DNA of 64,000 nucleotides from a virus. The notes beneath the pieces were generated by a model that saw only the letters and a program-made list of their open reading frames with translations, was not told where the DNA came from and made no database searches. Position numbers and translations under genes: made by a program. Shown in pieces: positions 9,413 to 18,389 of this stretch (positions within the stretch are counted from its first letter, which is position 1; each line of letters opens with the position of its first letter). The DNA is taken from the IMG/VR virus record IMGVR_UViG_3300045988_056900; one strand, written 5' to 3'.

Positions 9413-9922
9413 TTAAGCGGCTAGACAAATAGGAGCTGATTCAATATCAAGTTCAGCTTTGTCATTAAAATCTTCTAAGTCTTTATTCAACTTATTAATT
9501 TCTATCTGCAGCTTATTCTTTATATTGCTGATGTAAGCTGAAGTGAGTTCCTCACTAATATTCAGATTCTTTTTGCCTTTAGCTCGCTTTATCTTTGGGT
9601 CGATTGTTTTAATCTTCCCTAAATGAAACAGTTGTTCCTGTTTCTCGGATAGTGAAAATATTGTATAATAGTTATTTTCTGCTGGTAAATCAGAGAACTT
9701 CTTATAACCCATATTAATACATTGTAAATACAGTTTCATAAGAATTCGTTCTTCTGCCATTTCTTGAATCTTCGTTAACAGTACCTTAAGGTCATAATTA
9801 CGAATAGTTCCTTTAGAAATGATATTTTCGTTTTTAATAATCGTCCAATATTTAGTAATATCTTTACTAAGTTCATCGCGACGATTTTTTGCATATTTAG
9901 ATGTAATTGATTTCATATTCAA
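9413..9922 (-). CDS. hypothetical protein with C-terminal ...ICLAA
   Basis: 169-aa ORF. Terminal codons are CTA GCC GCT TAA. It is followed on the minus strand by the hairpin GCGAGCC-TTTG-GGCTCGC (9391-9408). Confidence 0.75.
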   Translation of the reverse strand: MNMKSITSKYAKNRRDELSKDITKYWTIIKNENIISKGTIRNYDLKVLLTKIQEMAEERILMKLYLQCINMGYKKFSDLPAENNYYTIFSLSEKQEQLFHLGKIKTIDPKIKRAKGKKNLNISEELTSAYISNIKNKLQIEINKLNKDLEDFNDKAELDIESAPICLAA

Positions 9923-9971
9923 GTGATTTGTTTTTTAAGTTAATACTTGACCGAAATCGTTTACTAGTTAG

Positions 9972-10037
9972 TCATGCATGACAGATTCAAACTGCCGTCC
10001 CTCTGATGAGTGCTCTAATCAACTAAGCTAATGCATG
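9972..10037 (-). ncRNA. tRNA-like module B with a vestigial anticodon arm (66 nt)
   Basis: Minus strand reads CATGCAT-TA-GCTT-AGTTGATTA-GAGC-A-CTC-ATCA-GAG-GGAC-GGCAG-TTTGAAT-CTGTC-ATGCATG-A. It has a 7-bp acceptor stem, a D-arm and a T-arm. A 3-bp/4-nt mini hairpin replaces the 17-nt anticodon arm. Confidence 0.5.
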
Positions 10038-10044
10038 TTATATA

Positions 10045-10139
10045 ATAGAGAACTACCCCATTCAGTAGTCTCTATTAAAGTAGTACCCCATTCAGTACTA
10101 TTAATAGATATTGATATGATGAATACCCAGTTCAGTATT
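10045..10139 (-). promoter_or_regulatory. three tandem stem-loops with a conserved 8-nt loop and covarying stems
   Basis: Plus-strand stems and loops are ACTAC-CCCATTCA-GTAGT (10052-10069), TAGTAC-CCCATTCA-GTACTA (10081-10100) and AATAC-CCAGTTCA-GTATT (10122-10139). The second stem pair changes C:G, G:C, A:T. Confidence 0.55.
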
Positions 10140-10713
10140 ATAAATCATCACGTTCAACAATTTTTATTTCTTTTGCAAAATAGACCGGTAGAATCCGTCC
10201 GTCTGTTGTTTTAGCACCAACATATAGTTTATTTCCTGTTTCAGAAACTCCTACACTTCGGTTATGTTCTTTTTCATTCGAATACTTTTGTAAATACTTT
10301 TCATTGATATACTTAGAATGTAGTTCTCCGTTCGTACTACTTCTTACTACATCAAATAAAATATCTACCATTTTATCCAAATCATTATTATCGGTAGCTT
10401 CTTTTAATATGGCATTCATAATACCATAAAAAGCTTCCTCATTTCTTGCTTCTCCAGTTCCAGACATTGTGTCTGCTAATTTGATTGCTATATCAGTAAT
10501 ACTCACCAGTCCATGAGCATTAAAGAACCGTTGCCACCATCTAGGACCACTTCCATAGTACAAGATAATCTGTCCATCCTCTTGTATATCTACTTTTTTA
10601 GGTCTTTCGTTAATTCTCCCATTCAAGATCTTAACTTTTGCTAAAACAGCTGGTTCATAAATAATTAGCATACGCAAGATATCAACCCGGGAAGGTGATA
10701 ATCTTCCGTTCAT
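10138..10713 (-). CDS. hypothetical protein
   Basis: 191-aa ORF. Confidence 0.7.
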   Translation of the reverse strand: MNGRLSPSRVDILRMLIIYEPAVLAKVKILNGRINERPKKVDIQEDGQIILYYGSGPRWWQRFFNAHGLVSITDIAIKLADTMSGTGEARNEEAFYGIMNAILKEATDNNDLDKMVDILFDVVRSSTNGELHSKYINEKYLQKYSNEKEHNRSVGVSETGNKLYVGAKTTDGRILPVYFAKEIKIVERDDL

Positions 10714-10718
10714 ATCTG

Positions 10719-11351
10719 TTATTCTGTTGTAGTAGTTTCAACATGCACGTTTACTTCTACATCACTTCCAATACCACACTGCCGCATATAATCAGTATAA
10801 ATGCGTTTGTTAGCATCGGAATAACCTCGAACTGTCTTAGACAGATTCAAGCAGTGACGAGCAAAGTTCTCGTAGTGAGTAATAGCACCCATGTTAGCTT
10901 CCTCAACTAATTTGTCGAGATTCGGCAAATCTTCAGCTGAGAAAAACATCGGACTAGCTCCGCTCTTACCAAGGCGGTCAATTGCTTCCGTAACGTTAGC
11001 CCGGGTAGCTTTGCTGAAATCCGGTTCAGCTATTTCGAACATCAAAGGTTCAACACCAGGAATGTCCTTGTTGATAGCAATCTTCGGCCGTTGATCAAGA
11101 TCCTTAGCGACAATACTTACACTCATGATATCAATAGCTTTAATAATATAAGCTTTGATCTCATTGCGGAAAGTATTGATGCCATTCATGACGTCTTCCT
11201 TGTACTTAGGATCTGGATTTACTGCGATAATAGTAAATAACTGCTTACCGAAGTAAGGACCATATTTCTGTGCCACTTGCCGGTTACGTGCTAAGATTTG
11301 TGCAGCTGCGTTAGGAATCTGCGGTGCACTGTTGTTATTCAAATTTTCCAT
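10719..11351 (-). CDS. hypothetical protein
   Basis: 210-aa ORF. Confidence 0.7.
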   Translation of the reverse strand: MENLNNNSAPQIPNAAAQILARNRQVAQKYGPYFGKQLFTIIAVNPDPKYKEDVMNGINTFRNEIKAYIIKAIDIMSVSIVAKDLDQRPKIAINKDIPGVEPLMFEIAEPDFSKATRANVTEAIDRLGKSGASPMFFSAEDLPNLDKLVEEANMGAITHYENFARHCLNLSKTVRGYSDANKRIYTDYMRQCGIGSDVEVNVHVETTTTE

Positions 11352-13499
11352 AAAAAATGTTCCCTTCTTGAGTCCGCATTTGATATACCAATACAGATCA
11401 TTTTTTAGTTTTTAAGTTAATAATAAGTTAATGCTCTCCACTGTTCGATTATTTTATAGCATTACAATAATGGTAATGGTGAATTCAATCACATAATCTA
11501 CTAGGTATTAAAATAATAAATGTTAATTTATTTGAAAATATCTTCTGATAAATTCTCTGATAATTTCTGTTAATTCTGATATGTTTATCGTCCCGTTTCG
11601 ACGGTTAAGATTCAACTTTTTCGATGCTTAACGCACCTCTCACCGTTATTTTATATCGCGATTAGATGCAATATAAAAGACATAGATCATTGACTAATGG
11701 TAAGTCTACCTAGTATTTCCGGATTATCGAAATTCATAGAATTACGGTCGTTTATCTAACGTTACCAACTCACAAGCCCATTACTTATAGTATGGCCCAC
11801 TTGTACCATGCATAGGATTTGTTGTTTATTCTGCTCGAACACGAGGATTTCCACCTCTCATCGTCTCCTTGTTGCTCAATTGTTATTACTATTGAGTCGA
11901 AATGTACTACGCCCTTTAATCTACCGAGACAGGGTGATAGGCGACAGGTTATTAACGAATCAGCGTTCTCTTTACATATATACTTGCAATATATACTTTA
12001 GGAGTTTCTAATGTCAGCGATGACGGTTGGCAGTCTGGGGTGGATCATACTCCTTATCTGACTACTTTACAACAGTAGTTTGCTATCTCTGTACTCGCCA
12101 TTGAACTTCCCAATTTGGTAAAGATTAATAATGTTAACAATTCACTTAGAACAGATTTAACTAGGCCGGTTCTATTCGGCATTAACTTTCAGATGCAGTA
12201 AAGTAACATCATCTGTTACAGTCTTACCTCTCTGGTTCCAGGGTTCTAAGCTGGAGCAGCTTGGCTCTTACTCATTAATTTATTGTTTTTGACCACTACT
12301 AATATCTCCTACTCTGGAATGAGTGTGATAATCTAGCAATGCACCTTTACATATCTTAAAAGGTATAAGCTCTGCTGTTTTTTACGAGGAGTTTTCTAAG
12401 CTTCTCCTTAGTATTATTTATCATTATAATCACACTTGCTAAAGGTGTGTAACGATTAGAATCAGGGTTATTGCGCCCTCAAACCGCTTAGACACTCTTG
12501 GTCTATTCATTCCTCATTCAATTATACTCACACGAACGAATAAGCACGTGAGTCACTTTAGACTTGAAAGACGGTATCAATCTCATATACCTCATCCCTT
12601 ATACGTAAATTCTTTTGCGGCACGCTAGTTACGGTAGCGCACAGGATTGGCTCCTGCTCCCTGGTAATCAGTCTATTTTCACTATAATTTTAACATAGTT
12701 ACTTAGGATCATTGCATGTCCAGCCTTCATATCTTTACTTTGTATAAGTATGTACCATAACACGGTTATCCTTACATTAGTATCAGTAATTACTCCCTTT
12801 ATATTATGAACCAATTATCATAAAAACACTAGAGTTAGCCTATTTTTCCAATCAGGACGCATAGTTGCGTTTTTGTATGAAGCGAGGTTGGAACCCGCTT
12901 GTTGCGTTAGTCAGCCATAATGTATTTTTCGATAATCCTTTTCCAAGGGATTATCCAAGAACCCTTTGTCCTTGTTTCAGCATCGTGTTCATATTCCTTC
13001 TTGAGTCACATCTTGATTGACGCATACGAATATAGAGATTTCGTTCTCTTTTTGAGGATTAAGGATTTCATCTTTTGTAGTTTTTATTTGCTTATTGCTA
13101 CGAATTCATCTCCTCGGTTTTGAATTAATTTGTAACTAGGGTATCTTCTTGTAGCTCCTATATTACGGGTTCTTCACTCTTAATATCACCAGACGGTTCT
13201 CATATTAACAGCGCAGGCTATTCACCCTCTCCTGCTTTCTTATACCTTTTTCACCAGTATAAGTTATTATCCTACCTTTTGAGTATCTCACAGTGTTAGC
13301 TGCTACGAAGCATCTCATAACTACTTCTTACATATTCTCGGATTCTGTCTTTTTTCGGGCTATGTGTAAATGGACACAAACTCCCTGACGCAGTAGTACT
13401 TAAAAACTTCCTTCTGTGACTGCCGGAGTGATTTACGCTATAGTTTTACTCCTCTCGAACTATGATATAATTATAGTATTTATATAGCGGCTATTATCA
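11352..13499. other. 2.15-kb ORF-free block, candidate large non-coding RNA locus
   Basis: No ORF of 60 aa or more on the operon strand. Where I checked by hand (13140-13499), stops occur in all three minus-strand frames even when TAG is ignored. The block is flanked by complete co-directional genes and looks richer in G+C than the flanks. It has many short hairpins, for example CCGT-TTCG-ACGG at 11593-11604 and AAGCTG-GAG-CAGCTT at 12248-12262. Confidence 0.5.
11544..11582. repeat. four tandem TCTGATAA-type repeats
   Basis: TCTGATAA (11544), TCTGATAA (11556), TCTGTTAA (11566), TCTGATAT (11575). Same motif as the array at 3933-3961. Confidence 0.55.
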
Positions 13500-13925
13500 T
13501 TAACTATTTTCCGCTGAGGATTTATCTTCTCCTGTAATTTCTGACTCTGGTTTTACAAGAAATATGTCTCCAGAAGATAAGTTGATGTTTGCAACCACCT
13601 TCTTACCCCGGCATATATCAACTATGCCATTTTTTATATCATTACTACTGATATAATCAATTGGATCCATACGTCCTGGATCAAAACCATCCAAGTGCAC
13701 GCATATACTACTTACAGACGAGCGTAAGTACTGTTCTACGAATAAGATGTTACTTATACTAGCTTTCGCTTGTACCTGTATCATATTAGAACTTTCTCCG
13801 GCTACTATAAAGTAACCGGTTTGATCTACTACCAAATCTAAATTACGCCTAGCATCTTTGCTATTTCGTATAATACGTGATAGTCGCATCATACTATTAA
13901 GCATAATAAGATTCTTCTTACTCAT
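13500..13925 (-). CDS. hypothetical protein
   Basis: 141-aa ORF. Confidence 0.65.
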   Translation of the reverse strand: MSKKNLIMLNSMMRLSRIIRNSKDARRNLDLVVDQTGYFIVAGESSNMIQVQAKASISNILFVEQYLRSSVSSICVHLDGFDPGRMDPIDYISSNDIKNGIVDICRGKKVVANINLSSGDIFLVKPESEITGEDKSSAENS

Positions 13926-14319
13926 TTTGAGATTCTTTAGTAAAAGGAGAAAGTGGCTTTACATCCTCCGGTAAATTAGCTATACTGCGTACCTTTGGAA
14001 ATCCTGTATTTACTTCTTTTACTTTAGTTCTCCACTTAACTACTGGTTTTAATTCGCCAATAGTTGTCACATTCACAATTGCGTCTGCTGTTCCTTTTAC
14101 GGATACTTCTTGAGTATTAACATCATAAGATACTTCTATAGTATCTACATTACTCACAGACTTTGCTTCCTTATTAGAGTGCATCATAGACATCAACTCT
14201 AAATATGAAGGTATTACAGGTTGTTGTGCCTGCACGGGTTCAACTGTACTAAGTATATTATAGCCAACAAATATGCTAGCAATAAATAAACCTACAGCTG
14301 ACAAAATTCTACTATTCAT
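13918..14319 (-). CDS. hypothetical secreted or membrane-anchored protein
   Basis: 133-aa ORF with a hydrophobic N-terminus, ILSAVGLFIASIFVGYNIL. Confidence 0.65.
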   Translation of the reverse strand: MNSRILSAVGLFIASIFVGYNILSTVEPVQAQQPVIPSYLELMSMMHSNKEAKSVSNVDTIEVSYDVNTQEVSVKGTADAIVNVTTIGELKPVVKWRTKVKEVNTGFPKVRSIANLPEDVKPLSPFTKESQNE

Positions 14320-14386
14320 ATTGATTACGAATTAGTGAACAGTCTCTTAAACTTATATACAATACTCCACCAATTATGGAACCGGC

Positions 14387-15925
14387 TTAGCTTTTTTTTT
14401 CTTCAGCTGCAGCCTCTTCTTTCTTGGTTTCCGGATATTCACCTACAAGTACAGGAAGTGGACCTTCAAATTCGGCAATCTTGTCCATAGGTGAACGATA
14501 GTAGTTGATGATCTTACCAACAGCAAAACGCAGTTGCTCATTAGTAGGAGGAATCTTTCCAGGGTAATAGTTAGCACGAACAAGAGAGATAACCTTTCTA
14601 GCACTATCGCGCGCCATTTTGATTTCTGCCAATTGTTCATCAGTTGCTCCTTCAGGAACAGAACATGTGTAGTCATGCATCAATTTGTCAACATAATCCA
14701 CGCCAATTACTCCCATTGTTGCTTGAATAGCTTTGTCATCTGCCGGATTTTCAATCTTCTCGGTTTTGATAACATTACCATTAGCATCAATTTTGTCTTC
14801 CAAGTTATATCGGAAGTTTTCCTGGATGAATGTACGAACGATAAGTACAACTTCATCATCTGTAACAGTAGGTACAGCGCCATGAACAATGCAATGTGCA
14901 CTTACCGGCGAGTTTTCCTTCTTGGTATACAGATATACGGCACGTCCGATTCCTTTCATCAAACCAGCTACAGGTACAAGATGGAAAATCTCATTGATCC
15001 ATTCGTCTATTCGACGATTGTCAATCTTGAGCTTTTCATCAGTAGTACTAGCATTGTTGATACAAAGTTTACGATACCATTCAATGGTGTCAATTAAACT
15101 AATTACAATGTTACGATCTTTACGTAACAGATATTCCAAAGCACTACAGATCTTTTCATGATCTGAACCTACTTTTTCAATATCGGTTTCTGGAACTTCA
15201 AGTTTAGCCAGTTTAGGATCCTTCAGTTCTTCAGGAATAATAGTTTCCTGTGGTCCAAAAGGAATTGCTAACTGACCGTCTGTAGCTCCAGGAAGAGCAC
15301 GCGGTGATGCAAGTTTCACACCGAACATAGTAGCCATTTCTTGCAACGGCATAATCTGTTCAGGAGACACTATCAACTGAAGTTTACCTTCAGCCTGCAT
15401 ACCGATCATTTCTTGCTGAACACCGAGCATTCCAAGGAACCATACAGCATTAATCGCTTGATTAATAGCATTGTATTGTTCAGGGAAGTTCTTCTTCAAC
15501 TCTTCATTGTTAGTGAATCGTTGATGTCCAACAAATGAAAGCATAGCTTTAGCATCTGTAGAACTTGTAGAAGAACCAGTCGGAGCACCGATAGACTTAG
15601 CAAGTGTTTTCACTGCTTCAGCCGGATCTACTTCTTCAGCAATAACTGTAGGAGTCTTATCCTTCTTTGGCTTTGGCTGTTGTGCAGCACCTTTCTGGGC
15701 GGGCTGTTTGTCAGTCTTAGCCTGAGTCTGCGCTTTTTCCTCTTTCTTAGGTTGAGCAGCAGCCGGCTTTTCAGTTGCTGCTGGTGCAGCTACTTGCTGA
15801 GTTGTTTCAGCACTTCCTTTCTCGGTTTTAGTTACTTTTGCAGTGTTACCTGCTTTAGCTGTTTCTGCAGGTTTTGCTGCAGTACTTGCAGCTGCTTGAG
15901 CTGCTTTGTTTTTCTTAGACGACAT
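14387..15925 (-). CDS. hypothetical protein with a ~100-aa A/K/P/Q/E-rich low-complexity N-terminus
   Basis: 512-aa ORF. Codon third positions look G/C-richer than in neighbours. It is preceded by the conserved leader AAACATTATCAAA-ATG. Confidence 0.8.
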   Translation of the reverse strand: MSSKKNKAAQAAASTAAKPAETAKAGNTAKVTKTEKGSAETTQQVAAPAATEKPAAAQPKKEEKAQTQAKTDKQPAQKGAAQQPKPKKDKTPTVIAEEVDPAEAVKTLAKSIGAPTGSSTSSTDAKAMLSFVGHQRFTNNEELKKNFPEQYNAINQAINAVWFLGMLGVQQEMIGMQAEGKLQLIVSPEQIMPLQEMATMFGVKLASPRALPGATDGQLAIPFGPQETIIPEELKDPKLAKLEVPETDIEKVGSDHEKICSALEYLLRKDRNIVISLIDTIEWYRKLCINNASTTDEKLKIDNRRIDEWINEIFHLVPVAGLMKGIGRAVYLYTKKENSPVSAHCIVHGAVPTVTDDEVVLIVRTFIQENFRYNLEDKIDANGNVIKTEKIENPADDKAIQATMGVIGVDYVDKLMHDYTCSVPEGATDEQLAEIKMARDSARKVISLVRANYYPGKIPPTNEQLRFAVGKIINYYRSPMDKIAEFEGPLPVLVGEYPETKKEEAAAEEKKS

Positions 15926-15985
15926 TTTGATAATGTTTTAAATTGTTAATAAATAAATGAATTCTGATAGATTATTTAATGAGGT

Positions 15986-16354
15986 TCAACTATCATCCTC
16001 ATAAGCTGGCGAGTCTCTGCCCTTAGTAGTATGACCACTAACTAATGCGTCTGATAATACTTCGGATGGATATGAAATGTAACTCATTACTCCTGACTGG
16101 CATGTAGTCTCTGTCACTAAAACTACTGGTAATGTGCAATCCATATCCGTATTATCTACGGTATTAATTAGCTGGATAATAGAAGCTGTAGTATCATTTT
16201 TAGTAAAATGATTTACAGCCTCTTTACCCAACATACCTACTAATAGACCAGCTAATATAGTGAATAGAAATACCCACCACATTTTTGTGGAACGCATAGC
16301 GCGTGCTAATACTGCTCCAAATAGAAGCAATACTAAAATCCATGTTGCTGACAT
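15986..16354 (-). CDS. small membrane protein downstream of the sigma factor (possible anti-sigma partner, unproven)
   Basis: 122 aa. Two N-terminal hydrophobic helices, WILVLLLFGAVLA and WWVFLFTILAGLLVGML. Starts 12 nt after the sigma gene ends. Confidence 0.6.
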   Translation of the reverse strand: MSATWILVLLLFGAVLARAMRSTKMWWVFLFTILAGLLVGMLGKEAVNHFTKNDTTASIIQLINTVDNTDMDCTLPVVLVTETTCQSGVMSYISYPSEVLSDALVSGHTTKGRDSPAYEDDS

Positions 16355-16365
16355 AATTAGTAAAT

Positions 16366-16941
16366 TTAATCTGTTAATAATTCTTTTAGTTTCTCTCTTG
16401 CCTTATTAAGGCGTGATTTAACTTGAGACTCTGTGAGTCCAAGATGCTCTGAAATCTGTTTGTAAGACAGATTTTGTATAGAGCGTAGTTCAATTATATT
16501 CCTATACTTCCAACGAAGTCGCGACAAGGCATTATCTAGAGCATCACTTTTCTCTGAGAAGATATAATCTTCTTCAGGTGAATAACTGGCCTGGCTACTC
16601 AACTGCAGAGAGTTGGCATCGTCGTCAATCCAATAGTTCGCTTTTTCCTTTTTAGTATGTCGAATATAATCAATACTAGTATTTATTGCAATAGTTTTTA
16701 ACCACATCTCAAATGAGATATTGTTTATATAACTATCTAGCTTACTAAAAGCTTTAGTAAAAGTAACTGATAATAAATCATCAGCTACATCTTTATTATT
16801 TACAATATAATAAATTGTATTATAAATAATCTTACTAAAACGATTATAAAGCCTTGTGAAGGCAGATTGTTTACCTTCTTTTGCCTGTTTGATCAGTTCG
16901 AAAATCTGTTGCTTTTCTAAATCTGTCATAATTACGGGCAT
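16366..16941 (-). CDS. ECF-type sigma-70 family RNA polymerase sigma factor
   Basis: 191 aa. Region 2-like DDLLSVTFTKAFSKLDSY...FEMWLKTIAINTSIDYIRH. Region 4 HTH LSYKQISEHLGLTESQVKSRLNKAREKLKELL. Confidence 0.8.
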   Translation of the reverse strand: MPVIMTDLEKQQIFELIKQAKEGKQSAFTRLYNRFSKIIYNTIYYIVNNKDVADDLLSVTFTKAFSKLDSYINNISFEMWLKTIAINTSIDYIRHTKKEKANYWIDDDANSLQLSSQASYSPEEDYIFSEKSDALDNALSRLRWKYRNIIELRSIQNLSYKQISEHLGLTESQVKSRLNKAREKLKELLTD

Positions 16942-17067
16942 TTTGTGAGAGGTAATCGCTAGAGTATGTGCATATATATTACTGTTTTATTGAAGTAACT
17001 CTAAAGTTAATCTGGCACGTGGACTACTGTTATTCATCCTTTTTGCTTGACCTCTCTCGTTAGTAGT

Positions 17068-17091
17068 TATAGGGCCGATCAAAGCCCTATA
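17068..17091 (-). terminator. 8-bp hairpin immediately after the 17095 gene
   Basis: TATAGGGC-CGATCAAA-GCCCTATA. There is no clear U-run. Confidence 0.4.
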
Positions 17092-17094
17092 ACC

Positions 17095-17451
17095 TTAAAA
17101 TGGTAATCCTAGTTCATATCTACAGTGATACTCCATATAATCTTTTGAGAACTTTTGATAAGCATCCCAAATACATTCCATAAATTCTCTTTTCATAGCT
17201 ATAGATATTCTATTTGAAGAGAGTTTATTAACCATTCCGCATACTATTCTAATACGGACATCCAGAGTAAACTTAGTATCCTTACCAATTCTTTGAAGTA
17301 TATTAGTATCAAACCAATATATTATGTGTCTAACAGATTCATGAGTTTTCTCTAAATTTGTATAGACCCACCATGATGCTCTCCAATGAAATGATTGATA
17401 TTGTTTACCCCACGGAGTATATACTCTGTTAGTAAGACTGTATAATACCAT
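17095..17451 (-). CDS. hypothetical protein
   Basis: 118-aa ORF. Confidence 0.6.
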   Translation of the reverse strand: MVLYSLTNRVYTPWGKQYQSFHWRASWWVYTNLEKTHESVRHIIYWFDTNILQRIGKDTKFTLDVRIRIVCGMVNKLSSNRISIAMKREFMECIWDAYQKFSKDYMEYHCRYELGLPF

Positions 17452-17899
17452 TTTCCTTTTTGATTTCTCTAGCTATCTTGCATATTACAAGTTGTGCTTG
17501 TGCAGCTGACCAACCTGTCATACTCATGATATATACTTTAGTACTCATAGCACCTCTACCTGGAATAGAAGTATCTACTTTATACCTTTCTTTAAAAGTG
17601 TGATACATAGCATCATCAATGCTTGGCATCTTCGCACCACGCATAGAACGTAATTCTATGGGTAGTTGACATACATCTGATGATTCATAAGGATAAAACA
17701 CATACATCTCTGGATGTGCATATATACTTTGAATCTCAAGAGATTCTTCCTTTACTTCTTTGAATTTTGCTTTTTGAAAAGCATCATTCATAATAATCGC
17801 AGAAACTATCCTTAAATGAGGAGTTTCACCAACAACAATTGCTAGAAGTTCGATATCACTTCCAACCACTTGATATACGCCTGGTTCATTTAGTCTCAT
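17429..17899 (-). CDS. hypothetical protein
   Basis: 156-aa ORF. Confidence 0.65.
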   Translation of the reverse strand: MRLNEPGVYQVVGSDIELLAIVVGETPHLRIVSAIIMNDAFQKAKFKEVKEESLEIQSIYAHPEMYVFYPYESSDVCQLPIELRSMRGAKMPSIDDAMYHTFKERYKVDTSIPGRGAMSTKVYIMSMTGWSAAQAQLVICKIAREIKKENGIIQSY

Positions 17900-18084
17900 G
17901 GTTTATTGATTTCTTTTTTAAAGTTATCTACTATACCAGATACTTGATCCATAGTTAGTTGTGGATATTTATCCATTACTTTACCTATTGCTTCAATATC
18001 TGATTTGCTTTCGTTCAACATTTTCTTGAACTCTCTCTCTTCTTGTCTGGAGTCAAACCAAACCCACCAAGGTACTACGCGCAT
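17896..18084 (-). CDS. hypothetical protein
   Basis: 62-aa ORF with an ATGA overlap to the next gene. Confidence 0.5.
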   Translation of the reverse strand: MRVVPWWVWFDSRQEEREFKKMLNESKSDIEAIGKVMDKYPQLTMDQVSGIVDNFKKEINKP

Positions 18085-18353
18085 TGATATTCGTATTCTT
18101 TAATTTTGTTATTCAATAGCTCCCATTTTTCCTTGTCGATATCAGTTGCTTCTACTAAGTAGATGATATCACAAGATGCTCTAAATACACCACGAATGTA
18201 GTTCATTCCCTCTTTATAATGATATTTGTTCTTATAAATTCTGGGAACATTTGCATGTAGACGAGTTATTAACTCTGTCTTCATTTTCAGTTCTGTTGCA
18301 GCTTTCTCCCATGATTCTGGTAAGTTCTGCCTAATAAAGTTCATTAATCCCAT
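18075..18353 (-). CDS. hypothetical protein (TAG-terminated)
   Basis: 92-aa ORF. The stop codon is TAG at 18075-18077. Confidence 0.6.
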   Translation of the reverse strand: MGLMNFIRQNLPESWEKAATELKMKTELITRLHANVPRIYKNKYHYKEGMNYIRGVFRASCDIIYLVEATDIDKEKWELLNNKIKEYEYQCA

Positions 18354-18389
18354 TTCAAATTAATTTATTGATTAAACTTAATTTAATTG

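Noticed and set aside
11352-13499. Group I or group II intron, or an intein-type insertion, as an explanation for the ORF-free blocks.
   Set aside because: Flanking ORFs are complete genes with their own starts and stops, not halves of one protein. No reverse transcriptase, maturase or homing endonuclease ORF lies inside. I could not recognise a domain V-like motif by eye. An Infernal scan is still needed.
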